Notes under the pieces: model-generated
Databases searched by the model: none
Told to the model about the DNA's origin: nothing
The model's input: the letters and a program-made list of their open reading frames with translations, nothing else
Shown here: positions 1-11,183 of the stretch, piece by piece
Position numbering within the stretch: position 1 is the first letter of the stretch
How the letters are laid out: each line of letters opens with the position of its first letter
Made by a program: the position numbers and the translations under genes
Origin: Macrostomum hystrix
Lineage: Eukaryota; Animalia; Platyhelminthes
Direction of reading: 5' to 3'
Assembly: GCA_950097015.1 (NCBI GenBank)
Contig: CATNEN010000039.1
Location: 5,704,001-5,768,000, forward strand
DNA length: 64,000 nt

Positions 1-1955
1 AAAGAAGCCATACATGTATATGTAGAAGCTTGGGTAGTTCTTTCAGATAAAAAAGACTGAAAGGAATGAAGAGCAGATCGAATGTCAAGGTGCGGTACGC
101 TCGATTGGTAGGCTCGAATTTTACGGCTCATATTAGATCAATTTCCTGGATATGCTCTACTGTAAACCAAAACGCAATTCATTTCTGTAAAAAGTCTTTT
201 TGGAAAAAACTGATTCGCCGATTTTAAAGACTGTAAATTTTAAACGAGGCACAATAATATCTTTCCAATAATATCCAGTAATATCTAAAAAATGAGTAGG
301 AATTTGGCTATCTGATAAAAGTGAATAAAGTCAAAGTCTTACATGTCAACTATAAAAATGACAGAAACTGTGGAACAGAACGTTTTAAATCAAGAAATCC
401 TTGGCAAATCTACTTAAAATTTGATCACAACAAGCTAACAGAATGAAAAGTTTGAAAAGTTTATCCAGCAGTGTCTTAAGAACCTCAAGTCACGTCCAAA
501 ATAGTGAACATTTAAAATCGAGAATTTTTTATCGTCCTGTTATGTGTACAGTTATAAATAAAACATATGATAAACATTTGTTTTATAATATTTTTTGTCG
601 AAAAGGAACACCAAAATAAAAACTAGTAAAGTCAAGCATTATCTAGAAAATACATTTTAAATTTGTTGTTTCGCTTGTTACGTAATTACTAACTAATAAT
701 GTACTCTGAAGCCTTAGACTAAAACACAAATAAACAACTAAATTTAATTTCATCATTTGTTGTCAATTTTACATTCAGCCAAGCTAGAAAAAAAAATTGA
801 TAAAGCTCTTTTTGTAAAAAAACTAGGCTTTTAAGCATTGACTTTTTACAATTTCGGTCTAGCTAATATCCAAAAATGTCTTCTCCATAAAAAATGCATG
901 GCGCTCTATTTCCTAAACAAAAGTTTATAAGCAGATTGTAGCATTTAAACAACAGCGATTTAGCTTGTTTGAGATCAGACCAAAATGTTTTGTTAAAAAC
1001 AATCTTACTTCGCTTTCTGAGAAACTTTAATTTTTAGAACTTACAACTAGCACTGTATAGCTGCAGCCAGACTGCGTATGGTGCGCGCTGTCGCTAAAAA
1101 GAAACGGAATAATTCGCATTATTATTATTATTTTCTTAATTTAAATGAAACGTATGTTTTTGGTGATATATTTAGAATAGGCCTAATTTAAATAGACTCT
1201 TGTGTCCAATCACACATCCCTAGTTTCCGACTTTCAGTCGAAGGTTCTCGTTAGTTTCTGAACCTCGTTTTTTATTATACTGTGACTCCTTTTAATGCGT
1301 TTCTTTGACTGTAAATGTCAAGATGGCATGGACCAAAACAGCCACAAGGCAAATGGGTCTGACCATAATTACATAATGACCACGCACAAATAGGCCTAGT
1401 CTACAAGGCTATAGCATAGCTACTATTTTTTAGATAGAAAACTGCTCTAAGTGGTTGCTGGCGTACTTTTCTGACACTTGGCAATTTACTTGCCTAAAAT
1501 AAATTGGCTAGCTACATTACTCATTAGATGAATGATTTAAGAAATATTTTTACTAAATAAAGTACCACACAAAAGTTTATTACATATCAGTTTCATGAAG
1601 TTATCTATTTTTAGGCCATTTAGCTTTTGCAGGCTTTGCAGCTAAAAACAGTGAGTACATGTATGTCAAAGTCAAGATCATTTTGGGTGCATACCAGAAA
1701 GTAAATGGGAAAAATTGTTTTTTTCATGATTTCATGACAAGGTTCAACCATTTTTATTTGTACCCAAGTGCATGCCAATATGGCCATTAGGACATTAAGA
1801 CAAAACTTTTAATTGTAGATTGTAAAATATGTAACTTTTTTCAATTAAAAAGAACAACATTTTGTGTACTTGTATTTAACTTATACCAATCAATCACATA
1901 AGAATTCATTAATTTCATAAAATTGTTAGGCCTATCCAATATCATATATGTGCAA

Positions 1956-2011
1956 CACCTGGCCGACCCGGCCAAACCGGCCGGGTGAAACAAGTGCCAA
2001 GCAAGGTAAGT
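1956..2011 (+). other. Putative non-coding first exon (GC hairpin plus strong 5' splice donor) upstream of CHTOP
   Basis: CACCTGGCCG...CGGCCGGGTG stem at 1956-1987 in an AT-rich background, followed by AAG|GTAAGT at 2006; CCAAT motifs near 1886 and 1936. Confidence 0.35.
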
Positions 2012-2321
2012 CGCAAAAACCAATCAACCAAGCGCAAAAAAATCAAAGGGGGCACCAAGGGACAAAAAAGGAAGGCATGAAGAAAAGGAAAAAGGGGAGA
2101 GAAAAGAAAGCAAATGAGAGCAAACTAAGTCGTAAATGAGAGCAAACTAAGTCGTAAATAGAGCAAAAACTAAGTTGCATGGCTGGCTAAGATTAGGGAG
2201 GTTTTGCATGTATGTCCAATGTCCAAAAAATAGAAACATTTATATAGCTGATAGAAAACATTGTTTTAGACAAAAAAGTCCATAATGATTGATATAGAAT
2301 GTTAGAAAGTATTGAAAGTAT

Positions 2322-2860
2322 TAATAATAATAATTGATTACACCTGCCCCAACGGGGCCAGATGTGCAGCTGACAGCACAGCCACAGCTATTGCGCGGCG
2401 CATCTGAAGGCTGCGTATAGCTGTTTAGTCCTCTGGGGACTAGGGGGATGCCACACCCACCTTCAATTATCCCAGCTGATGCTGGTACCCATTTAACAGC
2501 TGGGTGAACTGAAGCAATGCAGAGTTAAGTGTCTTGCTAAATAATATATATAATAATAATTGACACTAGACCCAAGGGCCAGTGCAGGTGTTGTGTGTCA
2601 GGCACACTAGCAGGTGGGGACTGCACACCTAATGTACTCCCCGGCTCTCTCGGACACCGGTTGACAGCCGCGTGTCAGCAATGGAATTTATTTTTCTAAA
2701 CATATCGGCAGCATCCAAACCCCACAGAATTGCCGCACAGAACTGCTTTATTCCACGCCACAAACTGCTAAAGGACACAAATTGTTTCAGTGGAGTCAGG
2801 AATCGAACCCCCGACCTTTAAGTCGTTAGTCCGATGCCCTAACCACTAGGCTACAACCTC
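2322..2860 (-). mobile_element. tRNA-derived SINE family A (CORE-like central domain), interrupted by a nested insertion
   Basis: Minus-strand head GAGGTTGTAGCCTAGTGGTTAGGGC...GGTTCGATTCC (A/B boxes), then TTAGCAAGACACTTAACTCT...CAGCTGTTAAATGGGTACC and a (TTA)n tail. Flanked by TTAGAAAGTAT at 2302-2312 and 2861-2871. Homologous to copies at 10325, 34177, 45100 and 51350. Confidence 0.85.
2542..2765 (-). mobile_element. Nested ~224-bp retroposon fragment inside SINE A
   Basis: TGCTAAA duplicated at 2535-2541 and 2766-2772; (TTA)n-like tail; removing it restores a contiguous SINE A. Confidence 0.75.
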
Positions 2861-3833
2861 TTAGAAAGTATGTTACTATAGTTCTTGCAAGTTCTGCACT
2901 GTTATTGCAGTTACTGTTAGTGCTTTTTTATTAAATAATTAACAATTGTCAGATAGTGATAATACATATAAACAAGCAGCATATTTGATCTCCTTTTAAA
3001 TGCATAAGTACACATCAGTCATGCCATTCTATGGTATCTTTTTTATACTTTTTAGTGCCCTAGTTGTATAAAAGAACCTTAGTACCAATTTTTTATCATA
3101 CATTTGGTAACTTTAGACTGGCTTATTACTTTTATCTAATATATAGCAACCATAGTTAACTTAGGAAAGTGGCAAGTCTACACTGAAAATGTGCACAAAA
3201 TTTTTTTTAACTGTGCTTGCCAAAGAATATTGTGTACACCAAGTATAGGCCAAAAATGTAAGCATATAAACCTAATAAAAATGTTTGCTTTTCATGTACA
3301 CTTATACATGAAAAGTACATCAAGTTGCCAAAAGGGTATAATATGTCTTATAACTCTAAATTAAAAAAGCCTAACTGAGAAAAGTTATCTATGACAAGGT
3401 TTTTAGTTCTTAGTTCAGTTCCAAATGACAAACTTTTTATATGCAAACTAAAAAACTAAGACATTTTTTTAACCAAAGTGAAAACATTTTTTGCAATATA
3501 ATATTTAAGTAAATTATGCTCAGAAAATAAATTTTCTTTAGCATCTAATATGGCATCAGTGCATGAACCAAATCCTGAACAGCTTCATTGTACAATATCA
3601 ATAAAAAATCTAAATATTAGATTTAAATACATGTAAAGATAATCATGTAAACTGTATACATTATTTTTTGTTAATTTGTTTCACATCATTGCATGTATTT
3701 TAGTAATTATACTCATAATTATAGAGAAGGTGGCAAGCTTTAGTTTCATATCTAGGAATATTTGTCTTACCATTCAAAAAGAAAAATAATTAAATCATTC
3801 TTGAATATTCAAACTAAAATGTACCATTTCCAG

Positions 3834-5014
3834 ATGAACACCTCCCTGCCAGTTAGAATCAATCTGGGCCATGGCACTCAGGTAACTCTTAATGATAGGT
3901 AGGTAGAAGTCGACAAACTCTGTGCAATATACTTCTAATTTTACATAATTATGAACTTCAGATATTTTAATGATATATTATAATGATGATTTTCTTTCAA
4001 AACTTCTACATAGATTCACCCAGTTGCAACATCAGCAGCAACAGGTGCAGCAGCAGCAGAGGCAAACTACATCTGGTGTGCCCACAGGCAGACTTAGCAA
4101 TGGCGGCGGCGTTGGTGGCACAACAGGCTTCCAGCGAAGCCCTCTGAAGGGTGTCACAGATGGCAGAATTCAGCGCAGGATTGGACAGCAGCCGTTGGTT
4201 GGCGCAGCTGCCGCCGCAGCCGCCATCGGGGGCCCTGGCGCAGCCAGTGTGCGCGGGCGTGGAAGGTAGTTCAGCCTCATGCGCAAATTCTTTGTTGTAA
4301 TAAAGAAATACTTTATTTTGTGTTTTTATCTTTTATTTTAGTTTTTTCTCCTATCATTAGTGTCTATAAATCATAGAAAAAATATCCTCATTTTTCATCC
4401 ATACAGACTTTTTTCTATCTAAATTTAAGTATCTCGAAACCTCATTTTCCGTGTAAAATAGCCTAAAACCCAAATTTTCCATCAAAAGTATCCTAAGATC
4501 CTCATTTTACATCCCAAGTATCCCAAAACATTTTTTATCCCAATATCTTTATTTACCATTCAAAGTATTCCATAATCCTCACTTTGCATTGAAATTATCC
4601 TAAAACTCGCATTCTAAAATATCCAAAGATCCATTTTTCCATATAATGTTTCCCAATATGCCTAAATACTCATTGCTGCTTTAAGCATCTCCCATTCTCA
4701 GCTTGCTATACCTGAGTGTTGAGTTTTATTGTGTCAAGAATACCAATATACTATTTTTCTCCTATTTCTAATTTCTACAAATTTCCCCATTCGACAGAGG
4801 TCCCATTGCCAACCGGCTTGGCAATCGTCCAGGCAATCCCAGGCCCCAGCAGCAGCAGCAGCAGCAGCTGAAAACTTACAACACAGGCTCTGCAGCCAAT
4901 GGCAGCAGAGGCCTGCAAATTAACAGGGGCGTTGGCGGTGGCGGTCGCGGCGCAGTAAGCAAAGATGATTTGGACAATGAGCTGGAAGCGTATATGGTTA
5001 ACTCTGGTCGCTAG
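3834..5014 (+). CDS. CHTOP: Chromatin target of PRMT1 (FOP/CHTOP)-like protein; exons 3834-3898, 4014-4265, 4798-5014
   Basis: N-terminus RINLGHGTQVTLNDRFT resembles CHTOP KVVLKSTTKMSLNERFT; RG-rich middle; C-terminal SKDDLDNELEAYM (FoP/UBM motif); phase-compatible GT-AG introns. Confidence 0.8.
4370..4680. repeat. Highly degenerate ~30-bp tandem repeat in CHTOP intron 2
   Basis: Recurring CCTCATTTTCCAT...TATCCTAAAA-like units. Confidence 0.5.
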
Positions 5015-5639
5015 CTTCCCGCAAGCGTACTCAGCCAATACTCAACCGATTTAATATTTACTCATTATGCAATCTTTTTCACGAAGGAAATTACCGAATT
5101 GGCGAATTCTAATTGAACGACTCACGGTAGTAAGAATCTTGGCTGTTGGTTAAGTCCATTAGTTTGTTAATGTTTTATAATGTTTTGTTTTATCTAACGA
5201 TTCTATATCTGTAAAATACATCAAAATTAATAGCGTATATGCACAGCAGTTTTTAACAATACATTTTACGAAGTCTCATGCATGTGCGTTTAAAAATTTA
5301 TTTTATGTGCTCATGTTTGTGTTAATTACCCATTAATAATGTGTGCAGGTATTTTTATAATGCTGCAATTATTTACCTTAACTTATTCTAAATGTTGTTT
5401 TTCTTGCAAACGCCAATCCAAAAGGCTGACCCGGTTATTATTGTTCGAAAATGAATTTGTTATAATTCTAAATAACAAAGCTGTGTGAAGTCAGGGAATG
5501 AAATTGTGGCTTGTTTTATTTATTTTTTAGAAAACTCTCAGGTAGAATTTACAATGATGTTTGCCTCATACCGACCAGTTCCTTCTGACTTTTATCACAT
5601 ATCTACTCGTACATTTATGTGACTATGTAATCTCACCCA

Positions 5640-6085
5640 CTACTCACCTTGCATTCTACCTCTCAAACTGCTCTCCCACGAGTATACTTCCCAACCTACT
5701 CTCCCATCAGTCTATTTCCCAAGCTAATCTCCAACCAGTCTACTTCTCAGGCTACTCTCCCACCAGTCTACTTTCCAAACCTACTTTCCCACCAGTCTAC
5801 CTCTCAACCTATTCTCCCATCAATCTACTTCCCAAGCTACTCTTTCATCAGTCTACTTCTCAAACTGCTCTCCCACCAGTCTACTTCTCAAACTGCTCTC
5901 CTAAAAGTCTACTTCTCAGGCTACTCATCCACCAGTAAACTTCTCAGGCTACTCATCCACCAGTCTACTTCTCAGGCTACTCATCCACCAGTCTACTTCT
6001 CAGGCTACTCATCCACCAGTCTACTTCTCAGGCTACTCATCCACCAGTCTACTTCTCAGGCTACTCATCCACCAGTCTACTTCCA
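5640..6085. repeat. 28-bp minisatellite (CCACCAGTCTACTTCTCAGGCTACTCAT)
   Basis: Tandem copies, degenerate at the 5' end and near-identical at the 3' end. Confidence 0.95.
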
Positions 6086-6123
6086 AACTTACTATCAACT
6101 TTGCAGCCCACCCGAGAACCTAG

Positions 6124-8893
6124 ATGACTAGCGACCCCAGCGACGCCGAGGACCAATCTTCGGTCGCGGATGAGGCGGAGCACACGGCCATGCTGAGCAG
6201 CCTTCGCCGCAATCTGAAAGTCGACGCCCGCCGCGGCGGAGCTCAGGCTGAACGCGGCGCGCCCTCAGGCGCCATGGATGTTCACGGCTTGCGCTCCTCG
6301 GTGTCAGCGGCGGCTTCGGCATCGAGCAAGAAAAAGAAGCAGCAGAAGACGATGGCTGAGACTTCCATGCGCCAGATTCTGGCCACGGCTCTCGGTGGCG
6401 AGGCCGCCAAGCGTGCCGTCGCCCAGGAGCTGCGAGCAGCCAAGAGGCGCCATCGAGTGCTGGAGGCTCCGGTGAAGCAGGTTGAAGCGAAATCTCAGCG
6501 AATCGCCGCCTACGAGAGGGCTAATAAGGTTTGATGTTTGTCCGATATGTTTCGAAACTAATAGTTAAATCGCTGAGACACTTGACCAAAAAAGAAACTC
6601 TCGTCGCCTTAACCTCGCAGGACCTCGGTCGCTGGTACGGCTACGTTGAACGCAATCGTCTCGCCGAGGAAGTCAGCTTCCCTTTGCCACCCAGTGGGGT
6701 TCCGAGGCCTCAGTCTGTCGCAGACTATCGTCAGCGCGCCCTAGCGGACATCGCCGCCGCCGCTGCGCCCGCTGCCGCCACCACCGCCGAATCCTCTTCG
6801 GCCGGGCCTCCGCCAATCGCTCCAGTCGACGACTTCGAGAGTCGCCTGTATCGCCGATTGTACAGCGAGACCGCCATCGCCAAGGCGGCCGCAGCCGGCA
6901 GTGGCCATCAGGAATCGAACTCAGCTAACCAGCTCGATGGCGTCAAAGTTCGCGAGCGTCTGGCCTCAAATCGGCGCCTAATAGCGCGCCGGCACTATCT
7001 AGAGGAGAAGCTGAAGCGGCAGGCGCGCATCAAATCCAAGGCTTATAGGCGGCATGCCCGCAAAGCCAAGCTGAAACAGGAGGAGGCCGAGCTGACCGCG
7101 TTGAAGGACTCGGATCCAGCCGCTTTCGCCGAGCGCATGGCGGCTCTGGAGCGTGCCCGCGCCGAGGAGAGAATCAGCCAGAGGCACCGAGGCGGCAGCA
7201 AGTTTGCCAGGCAGCAGAAACTGCGCGCCAAATTTGACGACGTGGCTAGGCAAGCTGTGCAGGACATGATCCAGCGGGGCAAGGACCTCACCGAGAAGGC
7301 CGCCCAAGACAGCGATGATGACGGTGACGGCCAATCTGGTAAGAACAGCAGCGATGACGAAGATGACGGAGCTGCCCAGCTGCCGCTGGATCTTGTGGAC
7401 GACTGGAATGACGGCGCAGGCGATGATCTGGATGTCAAGGATGACGCACTGCCAACCAGCTTGCGGCCTGCCAGGACGGCTGGGTGAGTGGCGGAGGGAT
7501 GGAGTGGCTAAGACTGCGGGATGGGGTAGGAGGGGAAGACTGTGGGGTTGAAGGGGAAGAATGTGGGGTAGGAGTGGAAGACTGCGGGATGGGGAGTGAA
7601 ACACTGCGGGATGGGTGACATTCTGTAATCCCATGGAAAGTTCGAAATATCGATCTACGATTCATTGGAGCGGACTTTATTCCAAGTGCACTGCGTTTTT
7701 AGCATATCAGTTAAAATACTTTATTTTATCTTTTAATTAGAGCACTGGGTCTGGCTTCGGCAGCGGCGACCAAGCCTGCATCAGCACCGCAGCAGCGCTC
7801 CTTAGATCTGGATCTGAGTCACTTGCCGGCGATGGCCACTGCCGACGCTGTTGGCGATGAAGATGGCGACACTCTGGAAGCTTCGTCGTCGCGTCGGCGA
7901 CTAGCTCGCCTGCGAACTGACGAATTGCTTGCCGAGGATGTCGCTGCAGACGAGGCCGAAGCCAAAGCCGAGTTTGAGCGGGAGAAGGCGGCTGTGGCTG
8001 ATGAGGTGCGGCCTGTAACACTGCTCAAAGTTTACCACTGCTCAATCCTTCACACTGCTTAATCATTCACACTGCTCAATCATTCACACTGCTCAATTAT
8101 TAACACTGCTCAATCATTCACACTGCTCAATCATTCACACTGCTCAATCATTCACACTGCTCAATCATTCACACTGCTTAATCATTCACACTGCTCATTC
8201 ATTCACACTGCTCATTCATTCACACTGCTCAATCATTCACACTGCTCATTCATTCACACTGCTCATTCATTCACACTGCTCATTCATTCACACTGCTCAA
8301 TCATTCACACTGCTCATTCATTCACACTGCTCAATCATTCACACTGCTCATTCATTCACACTGCTCATTCATTCACACTGCTCAATCATTCACACTGCTC
8401 ATTCATTCACACTGCTCAATCATTCACACTGCTCATTCATTCACACTGCTCTAACACTGCTCTAACAATGCAGGAGCAACCAAAGGATGTGGACCTGTTT
8501 TTGCCTGGCTGGAACAGCTGGACCGGTCCCGGCACCCGGCCAGTGTCAGAGGCGCAGCGTCAGCGCTTCATCATCAAAGCGCCGCGTCGCCAGCGTCGAG
8601 ACGCTGTCCACGGTCACGTTATCATTCGGGAGCGCCTTGGCTGCAGCCAGGCGATGCGTCGCCACATGATCAAAGGCGTGCCGTTTCCCTACGCCAATGC
8701 CGAGCAGTTTGAGGAGTCGATGCGGGCCCCAGTGTGCCGTGAGTTCAACTCTATACAGGCGCACAAGCGGCTGACCGCGCCCCGAGTGTCCGTCCTGATG
8801 GGCAGGAAAATCGGCCCCGTACCCAAGGACGCCATCATGCGGCGGAAGCGGACTCAGAGGACTCACACTGACATTGCTAAGGGGAAGAAGTAG
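6124..8893 (+). CDS. UTP14: U3 snoRNA-associated protein 14 (SSU processome); exons 6124-6528, 6621-7483, 7741-8005, 8474-8893
   Basis: Motifs AYERANK|DLGRW, KRQARIKSKAYRRH, RAEERISQRH, PKDVDLFLPGWNSWTGPG, VPFPY..EQFEESMRAPV..EFN; splice phases consistent. Confidence 0.93.
8020..8465. repeat. 17-bp minisatellite (CATTCACACTGCTCAAT/ATT) filling UTP14 intron 3
   Basis: About 25 tandem copies running up to the branch point/acceptor. Confidence 0.95.
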
Positions 8894-9146
8894 AAGAGCT
8901 GCTAGCTGGGTTATTTCTGGGATTCCTGTAGGTGGGGGAAATCAAATTCAAAATTTCCCACCTGAAAACAAATAACTGTTTCCAAGAACTTTTATTAACG
9001 CATGATCAACAGTGCATTTCTATATGGACAATAATGATGAAAATATATAATTTGTGTCCTTTGCTGAATGCTTGTCCTGCGGGATATGTGAGCACTATCG
9101 GTTGTTCTTTCATTTCCATTTGATTATTTAACTGAGCTAGTCAGAT

Positions 9147-9176
9147 GACTTACTTGACTTGAAGTAAGTCAGTCAA
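9147..9176. mobile_element. 30-bp LINE-tail-like micro-insertion with 13-bp direct repeats
   Basis: GAGCTAGTCAGAT at 9134-9146 and 9177-9189 flanks GACTTACTTGACTTG-AAGTAAGTCAGTCAA, which matches the LINE tail at 48934-48950. Confidence 0.6.
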
Positions 9177-9237
9177 GAGCTAGTCAGATACTCAGGAATC
9201 GAACTCAGGACCTCGGTACACATGTCATTGAAATCTG

Positions 9238-9243
9238 AATAAA
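9238..9243 (+). terminator. Putative poly(A) signal of UTP14
   Basis: AATAAA about 345 bp after the UTP14 stop and about 50 bp before the PSMD7 acceptor. Confidence 0.45.
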
Positions 9244-9298
9244 AATAGCATTAGCTTATACTTCAGCTTTAGTCCGCAAAACTACATCCCAGCTAAGA

Positions 9299-11048
9299 AT
9301 GTCCGCCACCGAAGTCACCGCCGCCGCCACCGCTGACGACTCCGCCGTCCTGCCGCCACCGCTGAACTCCGGCCCGCCGCCAATCAGCAAAGTGATTGTG
9401 CACCCGCTGGTGCTGCTGTCAGTTGTGGATCACTATAACCGGCTGGAGAAGGTCAGCGTCGGGCATCGGCGCTGCATCGGCGTCCTGTTGGGCAGCCGGC
9501 AGGGCGACGTGCTAGACATCAGCAACAGCTTCGCCATACCGTTCGAGGAGGACTCGCGAGATCGGTCCGTCTGGTTCCTAGATCACGACTATCTGGAGAC
9601 AATGTTCGGCATGTTCAAGAAGGTCAACGCCCGCGAGCGCATCGTCGGCTGGTACCACAGCGGGCCGAGGCTCTGCCAGAACGACATCGCCATCAACGAT
9701 CTCATTGGCAAGTTCTGCCTGGGCGGCAATCCTGTGCTGGTCATCGTCAGCATCAAGGAGACCGAGGGCCTGCCAACAGAGGCCTACACGGCCATCGAGG
9801 AGGTTCACGACGATGGCCGGCCGCCATCGAAGACCTGGAATCATCTGGCCAGCGAGATCGGTGCCGAGGAAGCTGAAGAAGTCGGCGTTGAGCACCTGCT
9901 GCGAGACATCAAGGACTCCACCGTGGGCACCCTGTCTCAGCGGATCGGAGCCCAGCGCAGCGGACTGAGGGGATTTCACAACCAGCTGCGCGAGATCAAC
10001 ATCTACCTTGAGGACGTGATCTCCGGCCGACTGCCGGTCAATCATCAGATTGCCTACCGTCTGCAGGTGGGTGGGCTCTGGAATGCTTAGATTAGGCTTT
10101 TGGGGATCTTCAGGTGACGGGAATTCAGTATGCGAGGATCTTCAGGTGAGGGGATTTCAGTATGCGAGGATCTTCAGGTGAGGGGGTTTCTGTTTGCAAG
10201 GATCTTCAGCTGAGGGGGCTTCAGTCTGAGGTTCAGAAACTTTGAGTATATTGCAAGTACTTTTAGATGAAAACGGGTTACTTTGACTGTCTGTAAGGCT
10301 CTGTCAGGGTTCTCAGGTGTCAGTGGGAGTTGTAGCCTAGTTATTAGAGCGTTGAACTCACGACTTAAAGGTCATGTGTTCGATTCGCGACTCCACTGGA
10401 AAAGTTCCTGCCCTTTTAGCGTCATTGCTTGAGTTCAACCAGCTGTTAACTGGGTAACAGCATCAGCTGGGGTGATTGAGGGCAGGTGTGGCGTCCCCCC
10501 AGTCCATGGACTGAACAGCCATATGCAGTATTCAGATGCGCCGCGCAATAGCTGCGGTCGGTTGTGCTGTCGGCTGCACATCTGGCCGGATAGGGCATGT
10601 GTAATTAATTATACAAGGATTACTATTAGTATTCAGGTTAGATCATATGTTGGTCTGTTGTCTGTTGAGGGGACTCACAGAACTCTTTGACGGCTCGGAT
10701 GCCCGCAATGCCACAATCCCACAGGACATGGTGAATCTGCTGCCGGACATGTCGCTGCCCGAGTTTGTCCGCGCCCTGTACATGCAGACCAATGACCAGG
10801 CTCTGGTGATCTATCTGTCCTCACTCCTGCGCTCAATCCTGGCTTTGGATGACCTCATCGATAATAAGCTGCAGAACCGCGAGACCGAGAAAGAGGAAAC
10901 CGATCAGCTGCAGGCGGCCCGCGCTAAAGCGGTCGCCGCCGCCGCCGCCGCAGCCGCCGCTGCTAACGGCGCCGATGGCAAGAAGGCGTCATCCGACGAT
11001 CCGGCATCCAGCTCGGACAAACCTGACTCTGCCGAGAAGAAGCGATAA
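9299..11048 (+). CDS. PSMD7: 26S proteasome non-ATPase regulatory subunit 7 (Rpn8, MPN domain); exons 9299-10066, 10725-11048
   Basis: [69 protein letters not shown]|[24 protein letters not shown]. Confidence 0.97.
10100..10232. repeat. ~32-bp tandem repeat (GGATCTTCAGGTGAGGGGATTTCAGTATGCGA) x4
   Basis: Four degenerate copies just after the PSMD7 donor. Confidence 0.85.
10325..10612 (+). mobile_element. SINE family A copy in the PSMD7 intron
   Basis: GGGAGTTGTAGCCTAGT...GTTCGATTC head; body GTGTGGCGTCCCCCAGTCCATGGACTGAACAG...CACATCTGGCC; TAATTA tail. Confidence 0.85.
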
Positions 11049-11177
11049 GAGCTGATCAGGGACGGTGCCCGAAGAAAATATTCGTACAGAGACGGTAGCT
11101 GTGGAGCTCTACCCGCCCCGCTGACGTCCGGTTGTGCTGTCTGATTTCCTCCCTTCTCTGTTCTCAATATTCTTTAC

Positions 11178-11183
11178 AATAAA
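11178..11183 (+). terminator. Putative poly(A) signal of PSMD7
   Basis: AATAAA 130 bp after the stop. Confidence 0.55.

Noticed and set aside
1956-2011. Spliced-leader RNA gene candidate (hairpin plus donor)
   Set aside because: The exon ends in AAG rather than the flatworm SL terminal AUG, and no U-rich Sm site follows; better explained as a 5'UTR exon.
2785-2860. tRNA gene candidates (also 10325, 34177, 19480)
   Set aside because: A/B boxes continue into shared SINE bodies; no clean cloverleaf, anticodon arm or oligo-T terminator.
6999-7634. Antisense ORFs over UTP14 (similarly 9578-10045, 29554-30255, 43922-44722)
   Set aside because: Shadows of GC-rich coding exons on the opposite strand, with no independent motifs.
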